Assembly: GCA_046290225.1 (NCBI GenBank)
Contig: JBKAGE010000017.1
Location: 1 to 23,052 of the forward strand
Direction: 5' to 3'
DNA length: 23,052 nucleotides
From: Bradymonadia bacterium
GTDB lineage: Bacteria > Myxococcota_A > Bradymonadia > UBA7976 > UBA1532
Part shown: positions 1-7,700 of the stretch, piece after piece
Position numbering within the stretch: the first letter of the stretch is position 1
Layout: each line of letters begins with the position of its first letter
Translations under genes and position numbers: made by a program
Notes under the pieces: generated by a model
Database searches by the model: none
Told to the model about the DNA's origin: nothing
The model's input: only the letters and a program-made list of their open reading frames with translations

Positions 1-67
1 TTGGCTTGTCCTCCGCTACACCACAAAACCTACCCTCAAAAGGGGGGTTGCGAATTGATAGAGAGTC

Positions 68-86
68 CGTGCCCGTGCCCGAAAAC
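68..86 (+). repeat. Short (CGTGCC)2-CG-AAAAC dispersed repeat; inverted counterpart at 22887-22924
   Basis: CGTGCCCGTGCCCGAAAAC read directly. The reverse complement of the right end reads ...CGTGCCCGTGCCCGACAAAC. Confidence 0.5.
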
Positions 87-134
87 TGATCTGCGAGCGC
101 CAGCGAGTCACCACAGAGCAGCAGCCCCACCATC

Positions 135-168
135 AAAATTTTCAGAAAAAAAGCACCAAAGAAAAAAA
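135..168 (+). promoter_or_regulatory. A-tract-rich upstream region of the first gene (possible UP element or bent DNA)
   Basis: A-runs at 135-138, 146-152, 158-160 and 162-168 in otherwise GC-rich DNA, about 115-150 nt upstream of the ATG at 284. Confidence 0.3.
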
Positions 169-283
169 GACCCCCTCGCGACCTCCAGTACAGCAGTGAC
201 GAGCCAGGCAGAGACCCTGGCGCAGCCATGACACATACACGATGTCAATCACCGGTGTGTTCACACCATACAGGAGCAATGTA

Positions 284-2581
284 ATGCGTCGTCTTCACCG
301 CTGGATGTCCGCCATCGCCCTCAGCGTCACGCTGCCCACCGCCGCGAGCGCCTTCGACTTCAACATCCCTGATCTGCCCGGACCCATTTTCGCCACCCCC
401 AGCTTGGAGGACTGCCAGGACCCGAACTTCGTCAACGAAGTACATCCCATCGTGTCCAATCAGTGCATGCAGGTGCTCGGCGAGGCCGCTGCCGAAGAGG
501 TCTACCAGGCGCGACTCGAGAGCCGGCTGTCCACCACCTATACCCCAGCCATCGTCGACGGCAGCCCCATGGCCACCGCACTTCGAGGCACCACGATTCG
601 AGATCGGGCTCGCGGGGGCATCGGCGGCGGCTTCGTCTTGCCAGAGTGGTTTGCCTACGAGTTCGATGGTGCTGAGATCGGGAGTTGTGATGAGTATGTC
701 TATCAACGGTTCTATCACTACAACAAATACATGCAGAAGGTAGAGAACGCCGACAACTCTCGCGAAGCCTTCGATGCAGCCTTCGACGAAGATGGCACTG
801 GTAACATCGGCCACCGATACAACACCAATGGCTATGGTGTCATGAGCCTGTCCAATCGATACAACAGCGCAGATCAGGTCGATGATCCCCTCATGCCGGT
901 TCATGGTCATCTGGTGCCCGATCTCGGCGTGTATGTCTGGGACATGCCCAAGAATGACTTCTTCGCCCTCACCGACTCCGAGATCACCATGGTTCGGCGG
1001 TATGCACCGGACATCGCCGACATGCTCGATGACGGGCAGCATTACTACCGTGTGCGGTTGAATGGTCGTCGTTCAGCCTATCGGTATGGACAACACCCCA
1101 CCCCCTGGGAGCTACATCTGCAACTCGCTGAAGCCCTCGATGGCGAGCGCGACGCCGAGCTGGAGGTCATCGCCGCTCGACGCAGCACGATGCAGCGCCT
1201 GCTCAAAGAGCGCCGTACGCTGATGCGCAGCGGCGCCTCTCAATACAACTGGGACGTGCGCGCCGTCGATCGTCAAATCGTCGACGCGCTCCGACAGGCA
1301 GACCTCGACGGCTGCCTCGACATCGACAGCAGCCTCGATCGACAGAATGGTGAGTATGACTACAACCGCTGTGACTGGGCCCCAAGCGATCTGCCCACTC
1401 AGGTGCAGCGTGTGATGGAGCCCAAGCTGAAGTTCGCTCGCCAGCTGTGCGAGACCCACTACCCACCGGCAGAAGCCGAGCACGGCTACACGTACCGCAC
1501 CCTCTATGGCAGCCGGATCGAATCCGGGCAGAACCCCTTCGCTGATTCGTTCTACATGCGCCGGTACCTGGAGAAGATGCGGGACCAGACCCGGTACTAC
1601 CTGGGCCAGTTCGACGCCGACACCCGGAACAGCAACGGCGAGCCCAACGTACCCAACTGGAACCGCGCCTATGGTGAGCGCTGGGTGTGGGGCGACGAGG
1701 ACATCGCCGCCGCGGAGTTCGGGTACCACGCTGAGTGGGGGCTCTCCGATGGCGCAGTGCGCAACACCTGTGACGTCAACCCGCAGTTCGATGTCGGCGG
1801 CAACATCACCGGGCACATCTTCGGCAAGGAGAAAGACGTCGTGCGTGCCCTCGCCGCCTTCGACCTGCGCCGCAACCGCCGCGAGCTGGACTTCGAGCTC
1901 TTTGGTCGGGACTACCTCAACTACAACTGGGAGCGTAGTGGCAACGTCAACCCAAGCTTCGCCGGTACCAGCCTCAACGAAGACATCCACTGGGACACGG
2001 TGCGCAGCTACGAGAAGTGCAAGACCTTCGTCATCGCAGCGGTGCCCATCTCGGTGTGCGGGGAACTGTCGGGCCGCGTGGGCTTCGACTTCGATCTCAG
2101 CGCCTACGCAGGGGAGAGGATTCAGGGCACCAACGCGTGTGAGCCCAATGCCACGGCGTCGATCACTGCGCGACCCTTCGCCACCGTCGACGCCATCGGC
2201 AGCGGCGGTGTGGGGGTGAGTGGCCTGAGCGGCGGTGTGTACGTGAGCGTGAACCTGCTCGACATGTCTCTGCCTGCAGAGCTCAACGCTTCGGTGAACG
2301 CCCCCCACGACACCACCCAGCGCCTCGCCGACATCGAGGTGAGCGTCGACGGCTCCGCTGAACTCGAACTCAGCTCCCTCGCTGGCGAGGCCGGCGGTTA
2401 CGTGGAGTTCCCCCGGGTGTGCATCCCCTTCACCAGCAAGTGCGTAGGGGGTCGTTACAACAAGTCGTTCTTCGACTGGGATCGCGCCCTGCACACCACC
2501 TTCGACCTCTTCGACTTCGAGTGGAACCTCAGCATCGACGTCTGGCAGCAAATCTGCGGCCTCCCCGACTTCGACTGCTGA
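284..2581 (+). CDS. Secreted Cys-containing protein (765 aa) with a C-terminal amphipathic beta-sheet region resembling the lipovitellin/MTP open beta-sheet (DUF1943-like)
   Basis: Long ORF with strong GC3 bias. AGGAG RBS at 272-276 favours ATG 284 over 242. Sec signal peptide MRRLHRWMSAIALSVTLPTAASA|F. 14 Cys. Alternating-hydrophobic strands from about 1658 to the end. Terminator immediately downstream. The CDS is secure; the product is inferred. Confidence 0.85.
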   Translation: MRRLHRWMSAIALSVTLPTAASAFDFNIPDLPGPIFATPSLEDCQDPNFVNEVHPIVSNQCMQVLGEAAAEEVYQARLESRLSTTYTPAIVDGSPMATALRGTTIRDRARGGIGGGFVLPEWFAYEFDGAEIGSCDEYVYQRFYHYNKYMQKVENADNSREAFDAAFDEDGTGNIGHRYNTNGYGVMSLSNRYNSADQVDDPLMPVHGHLVPDLGVYVWDMPKNDFFALTDSEITMVRRYAPDIADMLDDGQHYYRVRLNGRRSAYRYGQHPTPWELHLQLAEALDGERDAELEVIAARRSTMQRLLKERRTLMRSGASQYNWDVRAVDRQIVDALRQADLDGCLDIDSSLDRQNGEYDYNRCDWAPSDLPTQVQRVMEPKLKFARQLCETHYPPAEAEHGYTYRTLYGSRIESGQNPFADSFYMRRYLEKMRDQTRYYLGQFDADTRNSNGEPNVPNWNRAYGERWVWGDEDIAAAEFGYHAEWGLSDGAVRNTCDVNPQFDVGGNITGHIFGKEKDVVRALAAFDLRRNRRELDFELFGRDYLNYNWERSGNVNPSFAGTSLNEDIHWDTVRSYEKCKTFVIAAVPISVCGELSGRVGFDFDLSAYAGERIQGTNACEPNATASITARPFATVDAIGSGGVGVSGLSGGVYVSVNLLDMSLPAELNASVNAPHDTTQRLADIEVSVDGSAELELSSLAGEAGGYVEFPRVCIPFTSKCVGGRYNKSFFDWDRALHTTFDLFDFEWNLSIDVWQQICGLPDFDC

Positions 2582-2608
2582 CACTCTCTGACGCAGACCC
2601 TCGACATG

Positions 2609-2657
2609 GCGAGGGGGCCGGTGATGATGTTCGCCCCCTCGCTCCAATTTCTTTTTT
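2609..2657 (+). terminator. Rho-independent terminator after the first gene
   Basis: Perfect 10-bp stem GCGAGGGGGC (2609-2618) / GCCCCCTCGC (2633-2642), followed by TCCAATTTCTTTTTT. Confidence 0.75.
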
Positions 2658-2658
2658 A

Positions 2659-2817
2659 GAGGTCCTAACACAACGGCGGACCGAGTCAGGCACGTGAGGC
2701 GCGAGTGAGGCAGTCGAAAGACCCACAGGCGGGCCCAAAGGCCCGTCGAGGACGCTTTCGGCAGCCTCGCGAAGTGCATCGCGTTCCTGGCGACGGGAGC
2801 TGTTTTGCTAGGACCCC
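2659..2817 (+). repeat. 159-bp imperfect palindrome (MITE-like element or structured RNA)
   Basis: Terminal inverted repeats GAGGTCCTAACACAAC (2659-2674) / GTTTTGCTAGGACCCC (2802-2817) match at 13/16. Pairing continues inward with small internal loops to an apical stem GGCGGGCC-CAAA-GGCCCGTC (2728-2747). Confidence 0.75.
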
Positions 2818-2872
2818 ATAGATCAGACCTTTCGAGTTTTCCCCTTTTGACCGTCTTCCACAGGAGATCATC

Positions 2873-4738
2873 ATGGGCACCCTGCGCAACATCGCTTTGA
2901 CCTGTACGCTCACCGGCCTCACAGGGGGTTTGGTGTACCTCTCCACCACTGGCCCGGCGGTGAAGCATGGGCCAGACCAGCCTGTCACCCAGACAGCCTC
3001 CCGAGCCATGGTGACCGCCGAGTCGATCCTCTGGGCGCCGCGAACCACTTACCGCTTTCGCCTGACCCACGAGAGCGAGAGCCACGTCAAGATGACCCCG
3101 GAGCAAACACAGCCATTCTCGGGGCGCGCCCGCTGGGCTGGAGATCTGCACCTGACCCCCACCGAAGATGGCGAGGCCCTGCTGGCTCGACTCACCGACG
3201 TGAGGGTGGCTCAGTTCGACGTGCTGGGGCAGCCCAACCCGCTCGCCTTGGTAGAACTGGAGGGCCTCACCGCCCGGATCGAACTCACCGAAGGTGGCGG
3301 TCTGGGTGATCTCAGAATCCGGTCAGGCACACCGGAGATGCCCGCGCGGATCTTCTCGGAGGCCCTGGCGCAGCTGCGCTTCGAGGTTGAGGCCGGAGCC
3401 GATGGGTGGGTGTCCAATCACGGCGATGCCCTCGGCGAGGGCGAGGTGCACTACGCAGTCGATCAAAGCAACGGGCCGTGGTCCGCCAAACGCACCAGAG
3501 CAAGCTACGACGCTATCTCGGCGCTGCCTCATCTCACCTCCGAGACCCCACGCGTCGAGGGTGAAGGGCGTGTGCTCACCACCGCTGATGGCGCCCTCGA
3601 GCGTATCACTGAGTCACGTGGACTCGTGATCGTCGACGGCCACGATCAATCGCTGGTGGAGATGCACGTCTCGGTGGGGCTCCAACGCCTCGGCAGTCGA
3701 ACGGCAGAGGCTGTCATCGCAGAGGATGACACACATTGGGTCGACCTCTCTGATCTCGCCCACCGCCGCCAACTCGATGCTGATCTGAAGGCCCGAGTGG
3801 GCGACATGACCCTGGAGAAAGCCCTCGACGCCCTGGCCACCAGGGCAGGTCGTACGCTGTTGCCCGATCACAGCGAGTGGCTGTGGCGCGTCACGGGGTT
3901 GCTCACGCTTCACCCCGAGCTGTGCGCTGCTTTTGCCGAGGGTGCTCTACAGCATGGCTATGATCCGCAGCGTCTGGCCCTCGACCTTCTGGCGTCTACG
4001 GGGCATGCATCGGCACAAGACGCCATGTTGAAGATGTTCGACGCCTCGTCCATCGACGATGGGACCCAACGCCATCGTATGGTGCACAGCCTGTTGTTGG
4101 TGGAGCAGCCCACTGAAGCCACCGTGTCATTTGCCCGCCAACGCTACGCCGAAGGCGCGGTCGATGCTCTGGCGGCGGCGAACGCCATGGGCAGCATGGC
4201 CGGTGAGCTCGCATCTATGGGTCGTGACACAGAGGCGACATCTCTGGTGCAGCAATTGAGCGAAGGTCTCGCCGCAGCTGACTCGGATCATGCCCGTAAG
4301 GCCCATGTGGTGGCTCTGGGCAACAGCGGGCACCCCAAAGCGCTGGAGACCCTGGTCGAGGCGACCCATGACGAGGCGACGACGGTGCGCCGTGCCGCAG
4401 CTCGCGCCCTGCGACATCAAGACAACGACTCGGCGGCAGATGCACTGGTCCGTCTCACGTTGGACGATGACGCCGAGGTGCAGGCTCAGGCCGTGGCCTC
4501 GTTGATACACATGGGTGTGTCACCGGGAGATCTCGACCCCCTCGGCGATCAGGTCCGCGACTCGGGTCTGTCACCACAGGTGGCTCGGGCAGTGCTCGAG
4601 GCGGCAGAGCGACACCGATTGCCCGAGGCAGAGGCAGAGGAATGGATGGAGACGGTGGCAGGCTCTGATCTACCTCGACGCTACATCGAGCGGGCCCTCA
4701 AGGTGCAAGCAGCGGTTCGAGGTCGCGAGGCGATGTGA
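2873..4738 (+). CDS. N-terminally anchored protein (621 aa): beta-rich N-domain plus HEAT-like alpha-solenoid, resembling the Vitellogenin_N/LPD_N lipid-transport domain
   Basis: AGGAG RBS at 2862-2866. Hydrophobic N-terminus. Beta region begins WAPRTTYRFRL. Helical motifs LDLLASTGH, EQPTEAT, AMGSMA, ALGNSGHP and VRRAAARALR. The HEAT repeats are clear; the lipid-transport assignment is inferred. Confidence 0.85.
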   Translation: MGTLRNIALTCTLTGLTGGLVYLSTTGPAVKHGPDQPVTQTASRAMVTAESILWAPRTTYRFRLTHESESHVKMTPEQTQPFSGRARWAGDLHLTPTEDGEALLARLTDVRVAQFDVLGQPNPLALVELEGLTARIELTEGGGLGDLRIRSGTPEMPARIFSEALAQLRFEVEAGADGWVSNHGDALGEGEVHYAVDQSNGPWSAKRTRASYDAISALPHLTSETPRVEGEGRVLTTADGALERITESRGLVIVDGHDQSLVEMHVSVGLQRLGSRTAEAVIAEDDTHWVDLSDLAHRRQLDADLKARVGDMTLEKALDALATRAGRTLLPDHSEWLWRVTGLLTLHPELCAAFAEGALQHGYDPQRLALDLLASTGHASAQDAMLKMFDASSIDDGTQRHRMVHSLLLVEQPTEATVSFARQRYAEGAVDALAAANAMGSMAGELASMGRDTEATSLVQQLSEGLAAADSDHARKAHVVALGNSGHPKALETLVEATHDEATTVRRAAARALRHQDNDSAADALVRLTLDDDAEVQAQAVASLIHMGVSPGDLDPLGDQVRDSGLSPQVARAVLEAAERHRLPEAEAEEWMETVAGSDLPRRYIERALKVQAAVRGREAM

Positions 4739-4751
4739 TTAACAAGTGTGA

Positions 4752-7700
4752 TCAACCACCCTTCTTGAGACGCTTCAACTCTCGCCGGGCTTCTTCGGCG
4801 TAGTCGCCGTTGGGCGCCACCTTCAGATATGCCTCGCACTCTTGAGCTGCGAGGGCGTTCTTGCGCTTGTCCCGATAGATCACGCAGAGGCTGTAGTGAG
4901 GCTCTGCGAGCGTGTCATTGAACTTCACGGCATTCCTCAAGAAGGGCACCGCCTCGTTCACCTTGTCCTGGCGCAGGAGCGACTGCGCTGCCTTGAGGTG
5001 CGCATCACCGTTCTCCGGTGAGAGGGTGATGGCCTGCTGGTAGTGCTTGAGCGCCAGATCGGACCGACCTCGGAGCGAGAACGAGTCGCCATACGCGATC
5101 CAGACCTCGGCGCGGGTGGCGTCGTAATCGAGCACCTTCTTGAAGTCTTCGCTCGCCCGGCTGTAGAGCGAGCGCATCATGCGCATCTGGCCACGGCGAT
5201 AGAAGGCGTCATAAAGCTTGCGGTTGATCTCGGGCTGCCGGCTGAGGGACTCGGCCACAGTGTTGTAGGCCGCCGAGGCCTGCGTGATCTTGCCCGTGGC
5301 CTCGAGGGCACGACCGAGCCAGTAGTGGTAGACGAGGTTGCCCTTCTTGTCGTCGTGGGCCAGCTTGAACTTGCGCACGGCGGCGGGGAACCGGCCCCGA
5401 TCGAAGGCCACCCGACCCATATAGTAGTGGGCGTCGGTGAGGTTGCCGTTGAGACGCGCCACCTCACGCAAGGTCTGATCAGCGGCGTCATAGTCACGCT
5501 TGTGGAACTGGGCTGTACCCAGGGCGAGCATGAACAACCCGTTTTTCGGCTGCCGCGCCAGGGCTGTCTCGAAATACTTGATGGCCTGGTCGGGCTGACC
5601 CGTGGCCATAGCCACTCGACCCTGGTCGAAGTCGAGAGGGGCACTGTAGGTGCCCCGGGCGATCAGGATCTTGAGCTGCGCCTGGGCTGCCTCTGCCTCT
5701 CCACGGTCGAGGTAGGCTTCGACCAGCTTGTGGCGCGCCTCGTCGAGGCTCGGATCGAGCTCTACGGCCTTGCGCAAGGAGCGCTCGGCCATGGCCAGGA
5801 GTTCCTGGTTGGTGTCGGCGCTGGCCACCTTGTGCATCAGACGGCCATACCCGAACTGCAGCAACGCACTGTCGGGGTGCACCTTGAGCACCTCTTCCAA
5901 GTACTTGATGGCGTCGGCCACCTGTGACTGCTGCATCAGCATGGCCACGATGTCGAGGTGGGTCTGATGATCGTCCGGAGCCACCTCGAGGGCCTTGTCG
6001 TAGGCCACCCGCGCTCGATCATAGCGCCGCATGCGCACCTCGAGTTTTCCGAGGGCCCGGCGAATGGCCGATGATTCCGGGAAGGCCTTGATGCCCTCTT
6101 GGAGCACCGCCAACGCTTTGTCCATGCCCTTGAGCGCCTGATGCGACTCCGCGATGGCCACGACCAGCTCGGGGGTGTTCACCCCTGCACCACGCAGCTT
6201 TTCAAAGAGGCTGAGTGCCTGGTCATAGGCAGCCTCTTCGAACAAGACCTCGCTGAGCATCTCAACAGCCTCAAGATCGCTCGGCCAGGTCTCGACCGAC
6301 TGCCTGAACGCTTCGATGGCGGCTTTTTTGTCGTTCTGCTTCAGCGCGATGCGGCCGCTCAAGGTGAAGGCCGCCGCCCGCTCTCGGGCGGTCATCGTGC
6401 TCGTATCGAGGGCGAGCAGCTCATCTGAGGCGGTTTTGGCGTCTTCGAGCTGTGACTGGGCAAACCCCAGGCGCGCCCGCATCTCGAGGTTGATCGGCGC
6501 CGCGGGCTTCACCTCGGTGAGGTGCTTCAAAGCAGCCCGACCTTGCTCGATCTCTCCGCTGGCGGCGCTGCTCAGGGCCAGCATACGCCATGCAGGCAGC
6601 AGGTGTGTGTCACTGCGCGTGGCGTCGGCAAAGGCCTTGGCTGCTTGCTTGTCCATACCCAGCCTGACCCTCAGCAGACCGAGGAGATGCTGGCTGCGGG
6701 CGTCTTCGGGGTGCCGGCCGGCGAACTCGATGATGTCGTTCACCATGCCATCTGGAGGCCGCTTGTCCCCGAGATTGGCCAGGGCTGCTGCATAGGCCGC
6801 CCGCTCACCCTTCCAGTCGCTGCGGACCGCCTCGGGCATGCGGGACACCATCTGCTGTGCCTTGTTGCCCCAGCGGTCGCCCCCAGGGAACTCGAGGGCG
6901 CCAAAGGCGTACAGCTCGGTCACCAGGGTCGAGAGATCGCCCTTGGGCTCTCCACGCTGCTCCAGCTCGGCCACGGCCTTGCGGTAGTCGGAGATCTGCA
7001 CGAAGCCTTCAGTGCGCACCACCTCGGCGATGGGGGCCTGCTCACCCACAGGCTTGGGATCGACCTGAGGATCCTTGGTGGGCTTCTTGTTCGGGTTCGT
7101 GGTGGAGTTGCCGAGGACCGACGGATCTTTGGGCTGCTGAATGGGCTTGGGTTGATCTGCAAAAGGTCCGAGGCCCAAGGCGGCGCTGGCACCAATGGCC
7201 GCAGCGCCGGCGACGCCGAGCACTCCGAGGAGCATCCAGGACCGCTTGCTCGCCTGCTTTGGCGCAGGTGGGGTGACCTTCTCTGGTGTGCGCTCCGAGA
7301 TCTCTTCTTCTTCAACCGGGTCTTCCATACCCGGGCCCGAGGGCGGGGGCTCGACCCCTTCGAAGATCTCGTCGATACGACGGGCCTGCTCGGCAGGATC
7401 ACCAGAGATATCGATGGTCTTGCGGGGCACCATGCGGCCGATGGCCACCTTGGGTGCCGGCAGCTCGGCTTCGACCTTGGGCGCCGGCAAGTCGGCAGCA
7501 CCGACCTCACCACCCATCGGATCTGCCCCGCGCACAGAAGGCGCGTCACCCACCCCAGGCACTGACATGGGGGAAGGGGTATCGCTCACCGAGGGCAGGT
7601 CCGTGGGGCCGGGCAGATCCATGCCACCCTGCGCCCGTGGCCCTGGCAGGTCGACCACAGCCCGTGGCGCGGGCAGATCGGTGGCGCCCTTGAAGCCGGG

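Noticed and set aside
1..231. 76-aa ORF at the left edge
   Set aside because: It translates through repeat and A-tract promoter DNA (PCPCP, KKHQRKK) and has no RBS or domain features.
2793..2809. Sigma54 promoter (GG-N10-GC, TTGCT)
   Set aside because: The -24 box is poor (CGGGAG versus TGGCAC), and the motif is explained as part of the hairpin's right arm.
2661..2815. Integron attC site (TCCTAAC ... GCTAGGA ends)
   Set aside because: The right end is GCTAGGA rather than GTTRRRY, the spacer next to the R boxes is mostly paired, and there is no integrase or second attC in the window.
2661..2815. SRP (4.5S) RNA or 6S RNA
   Set aside because: The apex lacks the SRP GGAA tetraloop and CAGG/AGCAG loop arrangement, and there is no large central bubble as in 6S RNA.
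1112..3151. Long antisense ORFs (679 aa here; also 9449-11389, 11082-12908, 18919-20550, 20572-22401)
   Set aside because: Shadow ORFs typical of high-GC coding DNA. They largely overlap well-supported genes on the opposite strand and show no recognisable motifs.
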